Below are positions 40,849 to 51,992 of a stretch of DNA of 64,000 nt, piece after piece. The notes under the pieces were generated by a model. That model was not told the DNA's origin, did not search any database, and saw only the letters and a program-made list of their open reading frames with translations. The position numbers and the translations under genes are program-made. The stretch spans positions 13,340 through 77,339 of the forward strand of contig CAXXNO010000002.1 of assembly GCA_963663235.2 (NCBI GenBank). Direction: 5' to 3'. The DNA comes from Dehalococcoidia bacterium (GTDB lineage Bacteria; Chloroflexota; Dehalococcoidia; Bin125). Each line of letters opens with the position of its first letter. Position 1 is the stretch's first letter.

Positions 40849-42237
40849 GTGCCGAGCCGGTCGCTCTTCGACGACCAGGAAGCGCCCGCACCCGGGGCGC
40901 CGCTGGCGGCCCGCATGCGCCCGCGCGACTTTGATGAGTTCGCCGGCCAAGATCATCTCGTCGGCCCGGGGCGGCCGCTGCGCCAGGCGATCGAGGCGGA
41001 CCACGTCCCCTCACTCATCCTCTGGGGACCACCGGGCAGCGGCAAAACCACGCTCGCGCGCATCATCGCGCGGCAGACGAGCGCCTTCTTCGCGCCCATC
41101 TCGGCGGTGTCCAGCGGAGTGGCGGATCTGCGGGAGCTCATTCGCGACGCCCAGGAACGCCGCCGGGACCAGGGGCAGCGCACGATCCTCTTCATCGATG
41201 AGATCCACCGCTTCAACAAGGCGCAGCAGGACGCCATCCTTCCCTACGCCGAGGACGGGACGGTCACGCTCATCGGCGCGACGACCGAGAACCCGTCGTT
41301 CGAAGTGATCGGCCCCTTGCTCTCCCGCACCCGGGTACACACCCTGCGGCGCCTGGAGCCGGACCAGATCCGGCCCCTGCTGGATCGCGCCCTGGCCGAC
41401 CCGGACCGTGGCCTGGGGCCCCGCCCCCCGCCCGTCGGCCCCGAGGCCATGGAAGCGCTGATCGCCCTGGCCAACGGCGACGCCCGCGTGGCGCTCAACG
41501 CCCTGGAGTCGAGCGTGCGTGCCGCCGCCGAGGGGGCCGGGGTGACGGCCGAGTTGGTGGAGGAGGTAGCCCAACGCCGGCTGATCCACGACAAGGCCGG
41601 CGACGCCCACTACGACACGATCTCCGCCTTCATCAAGTCGCTCCGCGGCTCCGACCCGGACGCCGCCCTCTACTGGCTGGCGCGGATGCTGGAAGCGGGC
41701 GAGGATGCGCTGTTCATCGTGCGACGCATGGTGATCCTGGCAGCGGAGGACATCGGCCTGGCCGATCCGCAGGCGCTGTCGGTGGCGGTCGCGGCGCAGC
41801 AGGCGGTCCATTTCGTGGGCCTGCCGGAAGGCTTTTTACCTCTGGCGGAGGCCGTCCTCTACCTGGCGCTGGCGCCCAAGAGCAACTCAGTGCTCAGCGC
41901 CTATGAGCGCGCCCTCTCGGACGTCAAGGCGCACGGCACCCTGCCCGTGCCGCTGCACCTGCGCAACGCGCCGACCGGGCTGATGCGATCGTTGGGCTAC
42001 GGCGCGGGCTACCAGTACGCCCATGACCACCCCGACCACGTCGCGCCCGAGCAAGCCCACCTGCCCGACCCGCTCGTCGGGCATCGCTACTACGAGCCCG
42101 GCGAAACCGGCCAGGAGCCGGCGATCGCCGAGCGCCTGCGCGCCCGCCGGTCCCGCCCGGAACAACGGCGCCGGGCGACCAATCCCGACGGGCGCGCCCG
42201 CCGGCCGGAGCCTCCCGATGGCCGACCGCGATCCTGA
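40849..42237 (+). CDS. rarA: Replication-associated recombination protein A
   Basis: [51 protein letters not shown]. Confidence 0.96.
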   Translation: MPSRSLFDDQEAPAPGAPLAARMRPRDFDEFAGQDHLVGPGRPLRQAIEADHVPSLILWGPPGSGKTTLARIIARQTSAFFAPISAVSSGVADLRELIRDAQERRRDQGQRTILFIDEIHRFNKAQQDAILPYAEDGTVTLIGATTENPSFEVIGPLLSRTRVHTLRRLEPDQIRPLLDRALADPDRGLGPRPPPVGPEAMEALIALANGDARVALNALESSVRAAAEGAGVTAELVEEVAQRRLIHDKAGDAHYDTISAFIKSLRGSDPDAALYWLARMLEAGEDALFIVRRMVILAAEDIGLADPQALSVAVAAQQAVHFVGLPEGFLPLAEAVLYLALAPKSNSVLSAYERALSDVKAHGTLPVPLHLRNAPTGLMRSLGYGAGYQYAHDHPDHVAPEQAHLPDPLVGHRYYEPGETGQEPAIAERLRARRSRPEQRRRATNPDGRARRPEPPDGRPRS

Positions 42238-42625
42238 CGCCCCCTCACAGAGCGCCGCCGCGCGGCGCGGTGCGAAGCGAGGGCCGACGCGTCGCTTCGC
42301 CGGCCTCCCCGACGAGGCCGCGCACGCCATCGCCGCGTTCTTCGGTAGCGAACTGCGCGTGGAGCCGTACTGCGAGTCGGCGGACGCGCCCGTCTATCGC
42401 CTAAAACACCGCAGTCCGTCTGGGACGGTGGAGGTGGTGCTCTGGCCCCGCCTGGCGCGCGCCGACGTGCGCTGCGGCCCGCACACGTGGGTCGCGAAGG
42501 AGATCGCCGCGACCGAGATCGTGGAGGGCATCGAGGTGATCTTCCGCCCCTGCGCGGGCGGCCTACTCTTCGTCACCCTCGCCGGCGAGGTGCTCATGGT
42601 CAGCGGCGGTCAGCCCAGCGCTTAG
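42218..42625 (+). CDS. Hypothetical protein
   Basis: 135 aa ORF overlapping the rarA end, GGAG SD, beta-rich composition. Confidence 0.6.
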   Translation: MADRDPDAPSQSAAARRGAKRGPTRRFAGLPDEAAHAIAAFFGSELRVEPYCESADAPVYRLKHRSPSGTVEVVLWPRLARADVRCGPHTWVAKEIAATEIVEGIEVIFRPCAGGLLFVTLAGEVLMVSGGQPSA

Positions 42626-43224
42626 CGCTGGAGCCCCAGTCGCTCCGCGACGAGCTCCAGAAAGCCGCGCAACATCAGCGCCGTCGCACCGGTCACGCGA
42701 TGGGCACCCCAGGTGTACTCGGACATGATCACCATCTCACCCTGGCGTTCGACCGTGTAGTGGCGGGTATTGCCGACGTCCAGCAGGTGGCTCAGGGGAA
42801 CCTCCAACACCTCCGCGACTTCCTTGGGACTGGGCCGGTACGGATAGGGCGCTCGTTGGAGCACGCCCACGAACGGGATCACGTGGAAGCCGGAGCGGGT
42901 CACGACGTCATCGAGCGGGCCCAGCACGTCCACATCGCTGGGCGCGATGCCCACCTCCTCCTGCGCTTCGCGCAGGGCCGCGGCTTGGGGGCCGGCGTCG
43001 CCCGGATCGATCACCCCACCCGGGAACGAGATCTCGCCTTTGTGATGCTCCACTTCCTGGGAGCGCACCGTCATGAGCACGTGGGGCTCGGCGGGGGCCG
43101 GGACCAAGGTCAGCAGCACGGCGGCCCGGCGCCGCCCGCCCGGCTCGATGGCCCGCCGCGTGTGCGCCCGTACGGCGGCGCGGATCCCGGCCCAGACATC
43201 GACCCCGGTCACGGATTCGTGCAT
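42622..43224 (-). CDS. CoA pyrophosphatase-type NUDIX hydrolase
   Basis: AAVL, H.GEISFPGG, ALREAQEEVG, G.TA. Confidence 0.9.
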   Translation of the reverse strand: MHESVTGVDVWAGIRAAVRAHTRRAIEPGGRRRAAVLLTLVPAPAEPHVLMTVRSQEVEHHKGEISFPGGVIDPGDAGPQAAALREAQEEVGIAPSDVDVLGPLDDVVTRSGFHVIPFVGVLQRAPYPYRPSPKEVAEVLEVPLSHLLDVGNTRHYTVERQGEMVIMSEYTWGAHRVTGATALMLRGFLELVAERLGLQR

Positions 43225-43254
43225 CGATTCTGCGCCTATCTGCCCACCGTGGTG

Positions 43255-43330
43255 TGGTGGGCCGGGCTGGATTCGAACCAGCGACCGAGCGGTTATGAGC
43301 CGCTTGCTCTGACCCCTGAGCTACCGGCCC
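43255..43330 (-). tRNA. tRNA with CAT anticodon, most likely tRNA-Ile2 (lysidine-modified)
   Basis: GGGCCGG/CCGGCCC acceptor stem plus ACCA, anticodon arm AGCGG-CTCATAA-CCGCT, GTTCGAATC T-loop; resembles ileX; no initiator features. Confidence 0.93.
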
Positions 43331-43448
43331 CCCGGCGAGTCTAGGGGCTGACGTTGAGGTGAGCGCGCCCCTATCGCCGGCCGACCCGACGACGATGATC
43401 GAACAGACGCCGGGGAGAGGCATCGGCGCGCGGCGGAACGCGGGCACC

Positions 43449-44252
43449 ATGGACGACAAAGAATTCACCTACCTCACCAGCCGCATCCGCAAGCATCTGG
43501 ACATCGACCTTGAGGCCTACAAGCCGGAGCAGATGCGGCGCCGTCTGACCGGTTTCGTCGAGCGCGAGGAGCGTGGCGGCGTGAGCCGCTTCTGTCGGCG
43601 CTTGCAACGCGAGCCGGATCTTCGCACAGCGCTGCGAGACACGATCACCATCAACGTCTCGGAGTTCTTCCGAGACGCCGCACCCTGGCCCAAGTTGCGA
43701 TCCAAGCTGCTGCCGGAGCTCTTGGAGACGCGCCAGACGCTCAGGATTTGGAGCGCCGGCTGCTCCAACGGGCAGGAGCCCTACACCGTCGCCATGATCC
43801 TGGCGGATTTGCAGGCCGGCTCGCGGGCCCAGATTCTCGCCACGGACTTGGACCGAGTGACGCTGGCGCGGGCGAAGGCGGGCGGGCCCTACCGCCCGGA
43901 CGACGTCCGCAACGTCCCGCCCGCGCTACGGACGAAGCACCTGCGGGAAGCGGAGGATGGCTTCTACGTGGCGGACTTGCTGCGGAAGCGGGTCAGGTTT
44001 CGGGAACTGAATCTGCTGAGCGACGCATTCGACCGCGATTTCGACCTGGTCATCTGTCGCAACGTCCTGATCTACTTCTCCAACGAGGCGAAGCTCCAGT
44101 TGCTGCGGCGCTTCTGCGACTCCCTCAGGCCGGGTGGCGTGCTCTTAGTGGGCGGCACCGAGGCGATTCTCTCGCCCGAGAGCCTGGGCTTGGAACGCCT
44201 GGGCGGCACCTTCTATCGCAACGCGCCCTCCCCCCAGCAGGCGGCCGCCTGA
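43449..44252 (+). CDS. cheR: CheR-type protein-glutamate methyltransferase (no other che genes adjacent)
   Basis: TINVSEFFRD, IWSAGCSNGQEPY, ATD, DLVICRNVLIYF. Confidence 0.93.
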   Translation: MDDKEFTYLTSRIRKHLDIDLEAYKPEQMRRRLTGFVEREERGGVSRFCRRLQREPDLRTALRDTITINVSEFFRDAAPWPKLRSKLLPELLETRQTLRIWSAGCSNGQEPYTVAMILADLQAGSRAQILATDLDRVTLARAKAGGPYRPDDVRNVPPALRTKHLREAEDGFYVADLLRKRVRFRELNLLSDAFDRDFDLVICRNVLIYFSNEAKLQLLRRFCDSLRPGGVLLVGGTEAILSPESLGLERLGGTFYRNAPSPQQAAA

Positions 44253-44307
44253 ACCCAAGGCGGGGCCTGGATTGGCGAGGCGAGGCCGCGCCGGTACGCT
44301 GAGGCGC

Positions 44308-44928
44308 ATGTACGGCCCGTCCCTTTGGATCCTGGACACCTCCCTCGTCCGCCGCCTGCTACCCGCAGCCGTCGCCGGGGCCGTGCTCCTGGCGGCCTGC
44401 GGAGATGACGGTGACCGCGACGCCGGTCCGGCCGCGACGCCGGAGCCCGCGGGCGAAAGCACCGCGTTGGCGGCCAGCGAGGACGCCGCGCCCCTCGCCG
44501 AGGCCGCGCTCCCGGATGGCGTGAAGCCCGTGGAGTTCGAGTCGGTGACCGTGCCCCTACAGACGCGCGACGGGCGCTCGCTCACCCTGCTGCTCGAGGT
44601 CGCCGATACGTTTGAGCGGCGGACCCGCGGCCTGATGTTCCGCACCGCGCTGCCGCCCGCAAGCGGCATGGTGTTCGCCTTCCCGGAAGAGACCCTGGGC
44701 CCCTTCTGGGCCAAGGACACGCCGCTGAGTCTGGACATCGCCTTCCTGGATGAGGAGGGGCGGATCCAGTCCATCCTGCGGCTGGAGAGGCTGAGCACGG
44801 AGCTCATCGCGCCGGAAGAGCCCTACCTCTACGCGGTGGAGATGGCAGCCGGTTGGTTCGCGGAGCAGGCGGTGGGGCCGGGGGACCGATTCTTGCTGCC
44901 ATCCACGGTGGTGGGGATGCCCGACTGA
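44308..44928 (+). CDS. DUF192 lipoprotein
   Basis: Lipobox LAAC; EVADT..RTRGLMFR, GMVF, TPLSLDIAF, AVEM.AG. Confidence 0.88.
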   Translation: MYGPSLWILDTSLVRRLLPAAVAGAVLLAACGDDGDRDAGPAATPEPAGESTALAASEDAAPLAEAALPDGVKPVEFESVTVPLQTRDGRSLTLLLEVADTFERRTRGLMFRTALPPASGMVFAFPEETLGPFWAKDTPLSLDIAFLDEEGRIQSILRLERLSTELIAPEEPYLYAVEMAAGWFAEQAVGPGDRFLLPSTVVGMPD

Positions 44929-45050
44929 TCGAGCCCAGACTTGACTGCCACGAGCATCGGCCCGGTGCTAGTATGCGCCTGCACACCCGCCGCCGGCGGC
45001 AGCCCGGCGGCTGAGCCATCGAATTGTTCATACCGTGAAAGGAGCATGGA

Positions 45051-45149
45051 GTGAGGAAGATCTTCTTCGTTGGAGCGCTGTTCGCGGCTGTGGCGGCGTT
45101 CGGTAAGATGATCATGGGTCGGCGGCACGGAGAAGAGGACGACTCCTAG
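45051..45149 (+). CDS. 32-aa single-TM small protein (not in the ORF track)
   Basis: AAAGGAG SD then GTG; (M)RKIFFVGALFAAVAAFGKMIMGRRHGEEDDS*; TGC-TAGTAT extended -10 at 44966-44974. Confidence 0.65.
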   Translation: MRKIFFVGALFAAVAAFGKMIMGRRHGEEDDS

Positions 45150-45273
45150 CTCCGCTCGTTTGCTCCATCGGCCCGCCGTCCGCCGCCGCCACTCGGGACC
45201 CGGTCGCCCAAGGCCGTCGCGCCGCTGCGACCGCGCGTCGCGGTAGGGGCTTTTCCGTGTCCAGAGCGGCCGG

Positions 45274-46896
45274 ATGAACGCCGACTACGACGTCATCATC
45301 ATCGGCGGAGGCATTAACGGCGCGGCGGCGGCGGCCGCGCTGACACGGCGTGGGTACCGCATCCTGCTCCTGGAGGAGCGCGACTTCGCTTCGGGCACGA
45401 CGGCCGCGTCGACGAAACTGATCCACGGCGGGCTTCGCTACCTGGCGAGCGGCGAGGCCGGCCTGGTCCACGAGTCCCTCCAGTCCCGCGAGCGACTGCT
45501 CCGCGAGCGGCCGCACTTGGTCCGGCCGCTGCCCTTCCTGCTGCCCGTCTATCGCGGAGACCCCCGCCCCGGCGCTTATGTGCGCGCGGGGCTGTTTCTC
45601 TATGACCTCCTCTCACCGCGCAAGGTGTCCCCCCGGCATCGCGCCTTCTCGCGCCAGCAGATCCGGCGCCTGGAGCCCGCTCTCCGCACCCAGGGGCTCA
45701 CCGCCACCTACCTTTACTACGACGCGCAGGTGGTCCTGCCGGAACGCCTCTGCATGGAGTACCTCAGCGAGGCACGCGACGCCGGCGCCGACATCCGCAA
45801 CTACAGCTCCGTGGATTTCATTGTGGTCGGCGGCGGCGTGGCGAGGGGCGTCGACTTTCACGACGTCCTCAGCGGAGCGCGCCATCAAGCCAGCGCGCAG
45901 CTCATCGTCAACGCGGCCGGACCGTGGGTGGATGCAGTGCTGGCAGCGACCGGCGAATCGGTCCGTCCCCGGCTGGGGCCCACCAAGGGCTCCCACCTGG
46001 TCCTGGACTTGGAGGGGCGCGGGCCTCGGCACGCGATCCTGGCGCCGGCCCGCTCCGACGGCCGCCCGGTCTTCGTGATCCCCTGGCTCGACCACCATCT
46101 GGTCGGCACGACCGATGTGCGCTTCGCCGGCGATCCGCGGGACGCCGTCGCGGAGGAGTGGGAGGTGGAGTATCTCCTGGAGGAGACCGCCCGCATCCTG
46201 CCCGGCGTGGGCATCGACCGCGACCACGTGCGCTACGCCTACAGCGGCGTCCGCCCTCTGCCCCATCACCCGCGCCCGGTCGCGGAGGGATCGATCTCAC
46301 GCCGTCATTACGTGATCGACCATTCGGCCGAGGGGGTGCGCGGCCTGTTGTCCATCGTCGGAGGCAAGCTGACCACGGCCGAACGCACCGCCGAAGCGGT
46401 GGTGCGCGCCGCGCGGGGCGCGATCGGGGCGCCGCCGCGGACCGGCCGGCCGCGCGCGCTGCCGGGCCAGCAGCCCGGCCGTGTCTCGTTCTTGCGCGCG
46501 GAGGTGCAGGAGCACCTGCGCGACCGCTACGGCCCTCGCGCCGCGGATGTGGCCGCCTACGCCGCGCTCGAGCCGACGCTCTCCGAGCCGCTGAGCCCCC
46601 ACCACCCGGATATCGGCGCGCAGGTCCTCTACGCCGTTGAGCACGAGGGCGCCCGCACGGTGGCCGACGTCCTCTTACGCCGCACGGCGATCGGCCTCAC
46701 CCACGACCTCGGCCGGGCGGCGGCGCCGAGAGCGGCGGCGATCATCGCCGACCAGCTGGGCTGGTCCGAGTTGCAGCGGCGCTCGGCGCTGCGCGACTAC
46801 GAGCGCGAGGTGCGTCGGACCTTCACGATGCTGCCCGCCGAGTGGCGCGACGCCACTGAAGATCGTGAGCCGGACGCGAGCGTCGCCCCCGCCTGA
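45274..46896 (+). CDS. glpD: FAD-dependent glycerol-3-phosphate dehydrogenase/oxidase
   Basis: IIGGGING, DFASGT..STKLIHGGLRYL, NAAGPW, KGSH, GGKLTT. Confidence 0.92.
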   Translation: MNADYDVIIIGGGINGAAAAAALTRRGYRILLLEERDFASGTTAASTKLIHGGLRYLASGEAGLVHESLQSRERLLRERPHLVRPLPFLLPVYRGDPRPGAYVRAGLFLYDLLSPRKVSPRHRAFSRQQIRRLEPALRTQGLTATYLYYDAQVVLPERLCMEYLSEARDAGADIRNYSSVDFIVVGGGVARGVDFHDVLSGARHQASAQLIVNAAGPWVDAVLAATGESVRPRLGPTKGSHLVLDLEGRGPRHAILAPARSDGRPVFVIPWLDHHLVGTTDVRFAGDPRDAVAEEWEVEYLLEETARILPGVGIDRDHVRYAYSGVRPLPHHPRPVAEGSISRRHYVIDHSAEGVRGLLSIVGGKLTTAERTAEAVVRAARGAIGAPPRTGRPRALPGQQPGRVSFLRAEVQEHLRDRYGPRAADVAAYAALEPTLSEPLSPHHPDIGAQVLYAVEHEGARTVADVLLRRTAIGLTHDLGRAAAPRAAAIIADQLGWSELQRRSALRDYEREVRRTFTMLPAEWRDATEDREPDASVAPA

Positions 46897-46968
46897 CCTG
46901 CTGCCGCCGCGCCTCCAGCCGATGATTGGATCGTGGGTAGAATTCTCCGGCTCCCCAGGCGCGTCCTG

Positions 46969-47763
46969 ATGGCGTTGGCGCAACGGCCGTGGCGAAGCCG
47001 GCGTCCTTGGGCGGCGCTGGTCTGGCTCGGGGTGGCGGCCTACGCAGCGGCCGGCGCCGTGCCGAGCGAGGCCACGCACGGCCCCCTGGCCGCGATGCTG
47101 GTCCTCCTCGCCGCGTTCTGGACCAATCGGCGCATGCAGCGCGACCAGCATCGCCGGGCCCATCACATGGCGCAGACCATCATCGCCCTGCGGCGGCACG
47201 CCGCCGCCTTTGAACGGGACGCCACCACCGATGCGCTCACGGGCCTGGCCAATCGGAAGGCGTTCGACCGCGAGTTGGCGCTCGCCTTCGAGGAGCGGCT
47301 TAGCGGAAACGCCAGCGCTCTGCTGCTCATTGACCTCGGCGGCTTCAAGCAGATCAACGATACCTGGGGACACGGCATCGGCGACGCGGCCCTGCGGCAG
47401 GTCGCGCGTGTCCTCTTGCAAGAGAGCCGCGCGGAGGATCTGGTTGCGCGGTTGGGCGGCGACGAGTTCGGCGTGCTGGCCCGCTCGATCGACGGCGCGG
47501 CGGCCCGGCGGCTCGCTCAGCGCTTGCAGCGGGCCGCCGCGAGCAAGTCGGTCCACCAGGACGCCGACGGGAAGGCCGTGCGGGTCTCGTTCTCCGTCGG
47601 CATCGCGGCGCTCGCCGACCGTGCCGACCTCGACGCGGCCCTGATCAGCGCAGACCGCGATCTCTACGCCGAGAAGGCGCGCGCCATCGCCAACGATCCC
47701 GCGCTCGCCGACGCCAAAGTGCGCTCGCTCATCCGCCGCAAGGCCGCGCGGCGCGCCGCCTGA
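46969..47763 (+). CDS. Membrane-anchored diguanylate cyclase
   Basis: 2 TM helices, DALTGLANR, FKQIND, RAED I-site, intact GGDEF. Confidence 0.9.
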   Translation: MALAQRPWRSRRPWAALVWLGVAAYAAAGAVPSEATHGPLAAMLVLLAAFWTNRRMQRDQHRRAHHMAQTIIALRRHAAAFERDATTDALTGLANRKAFDRELALAFEERLSGNASALLLIDLGGFKQINDTWGHGIGDAALRQVARVLLQESRAEDLVARLGGDEFGVLARSIDGAAARRLAQRLQRAAASKSVHQDADGKAVRVSFSVGIAALADRADLDAALISADRDLYAEKARAIANDPALADAKVRSLIRRKAARRAA

Positions 47764-47766
47764 CTG

Positions 47767-50160
47767 CTATACCACCGCCTTGGACGGGAAAGGCTGCCGC
47801 CAGCGCGGCGGCGCCGATCGTGGGCCGCCATGCGCCGCGAAATCGAGCCGCTGCAAGCGCAAAGAATTGGCCATCACGCTGAGGCTGGAGAGCATCATCG
47901 CGAAGGCGGCCACGATCGGCTCCAGGAAGCCCTGGTCGCCGAGCAGCCAGTGCAGCCCGCCCGGCACCGGACCCACGACCTGGAACAGCGGGTAGAAGAG
48001 CCCGGCCGCAACCGGGATCAGCAGCACGTTGTAGCCGAAGGCCCATCCCAGGTTCTGACGGATCGTGCGCATCGTGGCGCGACTGAGCGTCACCGCGCCG
48101 AAGACGCCCAAGGGGTCATCGCGCATCAGGGTGATCTGCGCCGTCTCGATCGCCACGTCGGTCCCGCCGCCCATAGCGATCCCCACGTCCGCCAGCGCCA
48201 GCGCCGGCGCGTCGTTGATGCCGTCTCCGACCATCGCCACGACCTCGCCGTCACGCTGCAGTCGCTCGACGACGGACGCCTTGTCCGCGGGGAGAACCTC
48301 GGCGATTACGTCGTCCGCGCCGATGGCGTCGCCCACCGCGCGCGCGGTGAAGGCGTTGTCGCCGGTCAGCAGGATCACCCGCAGACCCAGGTCACTCAAG
48401 CGCCGCACGGCCTCGGCGGCGGTCGGCTTCAGCGTATCGGCCACCGCGATGACGCCGGCGACGGCTCCATCGACGGCGACGAACATCGGGGTCTTCCCCG
48501 CCCCAGCGAGACCGGCTGCCGACTCGGCCAGCAACCCCGTCGCGTAGCCGCGATCCGCCATCAGACCGGCGTTGCCGACCTCGACCCGGCGCCCATCAAC
48601 GCGGCCGCCGGCGCCCTTGCCGGGCACAGCCTCAAACTCCTCGGGTTCCGCGAGCACCAGATCGCGCGCCGCCGCCGCCTTCACGATCGCTTCACCGAGC
48701 GCGTGCTCGGACCCTCGCTCCACGGACGCCGCCAGGCGAAGCAACTCCGGCTCGCTCCACGCCGCAATGGTGAGCACGTCCGTCACCTCCGGCCGCCCAT
48801 GAGTGACGGTGCCGGTCTTGTCCAAGACGACGGTGGTCACGTCCTCGACCCGCTCGAGCGCCGCGGCGTTCCGGATCAGGACACCGCGCTGCGCCCCTTT
48901 GCCGACGCCGACCATGATCGCGGTCGGGGTGGCCAGGCCCAGCGCGCAGGGGCAGGCGACCACCAGCACCGCGACGGCGTTGAGGATCCCGAGCGTCAGG
49001 CTCGGCGACGGGCCCAGGCCCCACCACAGCAGCAGCGACACCATCGCGATCGCGATGACCACCGGCACAAACACCGCCGCAATGCGATCCGCCAGCCGCT
49101 GCACCGGCGGTTTCGATCCCTGCGCCGCTTCCACCAGCTTGATGATCTGCGCCAGGACCGTCTCACCGCCCACCTGTGTCGCCCGGAAGCGCAGCCGCCC
49201 GGTCCCGTTGATCGTGGCGCCGAACACGCGCGCGCCGGGGCCCTTTTCCACCGGCAGGCTCTCGCCGGTGAGCATGGACTCGTCCACGGTGCTGCGCCCG
49301 TCGACCACTTCGCCGTCGACCGGGAACTTCTCGCCGGGGCGGATGGCCAGCAGGTCGCCGCTGCGGAGCGCCTCCACCAGGACCTCTTCCTCCACGCCGT
49401 CGCGGACGACGCGCGCCGTAGTGGGGCGCATCTTCAGCAGCCGTTTGATCGCGGCAGACGTCCGCCCCTTGGCCCGCGCTTCCAGATAGCGGCCCAGGGT
49501 CACGAACCCCACGATGATCAGCGCCGTGTCGTAGAAGGTGTCGCGCGCCAGGCCCGCGTCTTCGATGAGCCCCGCCGCGAACGTCGCCACGACGCTGTAG
49601 GCGAAAGCAGCGCCGACGCCGAGCGTGATCAGCGTGTTCATGTCGCTGGTGCCGTGGCGCGCCACCAGCAATGCCGCGCGGAAGATGCCCCGGCCCGACC
49701 ACAGCAGCGCCGGTGTGGCGACTGCGAACACCACGACGAAGAGGAGATCACGGTCCCACCGCAGGTCCGCCCAGCGGTTGACCTGGAGCGCGAAGAACAT
49801 CGACCAACCCAGGGCCAGCGCGACCACGGCGGCCCGGAAGAGCGACCGTCGCTCCGCGTCGCGCTCCCGCGCCTCCCAGTCCTCAGAGACCGCCTCGCGG
49901 GCCCGGTAGCCGGCCCGCTCCACTGCGGCGATGAGCGCCGCCCGCTCCGCCACGCCCGGCACGACCTCCACGCTGGCGCGCTCGCTCGCCAGGTTGACCG
50001 TGGCCGCCACGACGCCCGGCGCCTTCTGCAGCTCGGACTCCAGGCGCAGCACGCAGGAGGCGCAGTGCATCCCCTGGATGGCGAGCGTGACCTCCTCCGT
50101 GCCGTCGCCGGCGGGGGAGTCGCGCTGCTCTGATCCGATGTCGCTGTGGGCGGAGACCAC
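47767..50160 (-). CDS. copA: Cu(+)-translocating P1B-type ATPase
   Basis: [35 protein letters not shown] and MxxSS (P1B-1 signature). Confidence 0.93.
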   Translation of the reverse strand: MVSAHSDIGSEQRDSPAGDGTEEVTLAIQGMHCASCVLRLESELQKAPGVVAATVNLASERASVEVVPGVAERAALIAAVERAGYRAREAVSEDWEARERDAERRSLFRAAVVALALGWSMFFALQVNRWADLRWDRDLLFVVVFAVATPALLWSGRGIFRAALLVARHGTSDMNTLITLGVGAAFAYSVVATFAAGLIEDAGLARDTFYDTALIIVGFVTLGRYLEARAKGRTSAAIKRLLKMRPTTARVVRDGVEEEVLVEALRSGDLLAIRPGEKFPVDGEVVDGRSTVDESMLTGESLPVEKGPGARVFGATINGTGRLRFRATQVGGETVLAQIIKLVEAAQGSKPPVQRLADRIAAVFVPVVIAIAMVSLLLWWGLGPSPSLTLGILNAVAVLVVACPCALGLATPTAIMVGVGKGAQRGVLIRNAAALERVEDVTTVVLDKTGTVTHGRPEVTDVLTIAAWSEPELLRLAASVERGSEHALGEAIVKAAAARDLVLAEPEEFEAVPGKGAGGRVDGRRVEVGNAGLMADRGYATGLLAESAAGLAGAGKTPMFVAVDGAVAGVIAVADTLKPTAAEAVRRLSDLGLRVILLTGDNAFTARAVGDAIGADDVIAEVLPADKASVVERLQRDGEVVAMVGDGINDAPALALADVGIAMGGGTDVAIETAQITLMRDDPLGVFGAVTLSRATMRTIRQNLGWAFGYNVLLIPVAAGLFYPLFQVVGPVPGGLHWLLGDQGFLEPIVAAFAMMLSSLSVMANSLRLQRLDFAAHGGPRSAPPRWRQPFPSKAVV

Positions 50161-50184
50161 GGATATCCCTCTCTGCGGCGATCG

Positions 50185-50216
50185 TACCGGGTTCGGAGTA
50201 TTACGGTCGTTATAAT
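50185..50216. promoter_or_regulatory. Divergent copA / ATP-grasp promoter region with a possible CsoR-type operator
   Basis: TAC-cgggttcgga-GTA (50185-50200) and a perfect TATAAT (50211-50216). Confidence 0.4.
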
Positions 50217-50255
50217 CGAACCGACCGCGAACGCCATCGCAAACACAGGTGCGCC

Positions 50256-51545
50256 GTGCCCCGAGTGCTGCTCCTCATCCCCAGCGCCAACTACCGCGCG
50301 CCGGACTTCATGCGCGCCGCGGCGGCACTGGACGTCGAGGTGGTGGTGGGGACCGACAACGAGCCGCCGCTGGCCGCCCTCGCTCCCGGGCACATGCTCC
50401 AGGTCGACTACCGCGAGTCGGAGAGCGGCCCGCAGCAGATCGCCGACTTCGCCCGCGAGCACCCGCTGGACGCCATCGTCGCCGTGGACGACCAGGGCAC
50501 GACCCTGGCGGCCCGCGCATCGCGCTGGCTGGGGCTGCCCCACAACTCGCCGGCGGCCGTGCAGGCGACGCGGAACAAGTACGACCTGCGGAAGCGCCTG
50601 AGCACGGCGGGCATCGCGAGTCCTCCGTTTCTGCTCGCCTCGACCCGCGACGACCCCGCCCGCATCGCCGCCCGGATTCCGTTCCCCTGCGTCGTCAAGC
50701 CGCTCTCCCTGGCCGGCGGCCGCGGCGTGATCCGGGCCGACGACGCCGAGTCGTTCGCGGCCGCCTTCGCGCGCCTGGCCGCCCTGCTCACCAACCCGGC
50801 CGTGGCGGACGAGTGCGGCGACACGGCGGGGCGGATCCTGGTGGAGGGCTACATCCCCGGCGTCGAGGTATCGCTGGAGGGGCTGATCGACGACGGCCAC
50901 CTGCACGTCCTCGCCCTCTTCGACAAGCCGGACCCCCTGGAGGGGCCGTTCTTTGAGGAGACGATCTACGTCACGCCGTCGCGCCTGCCCGCGGAAGAGC
51001 AGCACGCGATTGCGGCCTGCGCAGAGGCCGCCGCCCACGCCCTGGGCCTGACCGCCGGCCCCATCCACGCCGAGATGCGGATCAACAGCGACGGCGCCTG
51101 GCCTATCGACATCGCCGCCCGGACGATCGGCGGGCTGTGTTCGCGCACGCTACGCTTCGGCACGGGCATGTCGCTGGAGGAACTGGTGTTGCGGCAAGCC
51201 GTCGGCGCGGCGGTTCCCTCCTACCAGCGCCAGGGAGGCGCCGCCGGCGTGATGATGATCCCCATCCCCGCCGCCGGCACGCTGGAAGCGGTCCAGGGGC
51301 TGGACGAGGCGCGCGCGCTGCCCGCGATCGAGGACGTGACGATCACCATCCCTCGATGCCGCCCGCTGGTCCCGCTGCCCGAGGGGGGTGAGTACCTGGG
51401 CTTTATCTTCGCCCGCGCCGAGACGCCGGAAGAAGTGGAGGCGGCGCTGCGCCGGGCGCACGCGGCGATCGAGTTCGAGATCACGCCAGCGAAAGTCGTG
51501 AACGGCCGCGAGCGGCCTGTCGGGGGCTCGCCGCGGCGGAGGTAA
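50256..51545 (+). CDS. ATP-grasp domain protein
   Basis: [36 protein letters not shown]. Confidence 0.9.
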   Translation: MPRVLLLIPSANYRAPDFMRAAAALDVEVVVGTDNEPPLAALAPGHMLQVDYRESESGPQQIADFAREHPLDAIVAVDDQGTTLAARASRWLGLPHNSPAAVQATRNKYDLRKRLSTAGIASPPFLLASTRDDPARIAARIPFPCVVKPLSLAGGRGVIRADDAESFAAAFARLAALLTNPAVADECGDTAGRILVEGYIPGVEVSLEGLIDDGHLHVLALFDKPDPLEGPFFEETIYVTPSRLPAEEQHAIAACAEAAAHALGLTAGPIHAEMRINSDGAWPIDIAARTIGGLCSRTLRFGTGMSLEELVLRQAVGAAVPSYQRQGGAAGVMMIPIPAAGTLEAVQGLDEARALPAIEDVTITIPRCRPLVPLPEGGEYLGFIFARAETPEEVEAALRRAHAAIEFEITPAKVVNGRERPVGGSPRRR

Positions 51546-51558
51546 CGGAGGTCTGACC

Positions 51559-51843
51559 ATGGCGCTCTTCGTCGTCCAGCACAAGCACGATCCCGCCACT
51601 TGCCCCGCGAGGGACAAGACCATGGGGCCGCAACTGCTCCAGATCATCGCCGGCGCGCCGCAGGCGGGCGTGACCATCCAGGCGGAGGCCATAGTCGACG
51701 GCGGCCACGAGCTGAACATGATCGTCGAGGCCGCCGACGCGCAGAGCGTGCGTCGATTCATGGCCCCGTTCGCCCAGATGGGCACGGTCAGCGTCCGCGG
51801 CGCCTCCCTCTGCGAGAGGGTCGTCGAGCGCGGCTCTTGCTAG
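51559..51843 (+). CDS. Small hypothetical protein with HxHxxxxCP motif (ferredoxin-like fold suspected)
   Basis: GGAGG SD; MALFVVQHKHDPATCP...LCERVVERGSC; follows the ATP-grasp gene directly. Confidence 0.8.
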   Translation: MALFVVQHKHDPATCPARDKTMGPQLLQIIAGAPQAGVTIQAEAIVDGGHELNMIVEAADAQSVRRFMAPFAQMGTVSVRGASLCERVVERGSC

Positions 51844-51912
51844 ACCGTTAGCGCTTTTTCCAGAGGAGCCAACTGCTCCTCGGTGGGCTCCGCTCAGCAG
51901 AACCACGCTTCC
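51840..51912. repeat. att-like direct repeat copy 1 (displaced 3' end of the radical SAM selenoprotein gene)
   Basis: 71/73 identical to 54669-54741; minus strand encodes EAWFC-TGA-AEPTEEQLAPLEKALTV-TAG. Confidence 0.93.
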
Positions 51913-51937
51913 CGGCTCCAGATAGGCCACAGGCGCG

Positions 51938-51957
51938 TGTAGCCAAGGTGTCGCCAA
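51938..51957 (+). other. Putative integrase arm-type sites (left)
   Basis: TGTAGCCAA (51938-46) and TGTCGCCAA (51949-57). Confidence 0.6.
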
Positions 51958-51992
51958 CTTCTCCCTTCCGGGGCGTCGGGAAGGAGCGCCCG

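Noticed and set aside
43255-43330. tRNA as Met/initiator or as an island integration site
   Set aside because: Paired G1-C72, no run of three G-C pairs typical of initiators, and an ileX-like sequence favour Ile2; I saw no duplicated tRNA 3' end in the window
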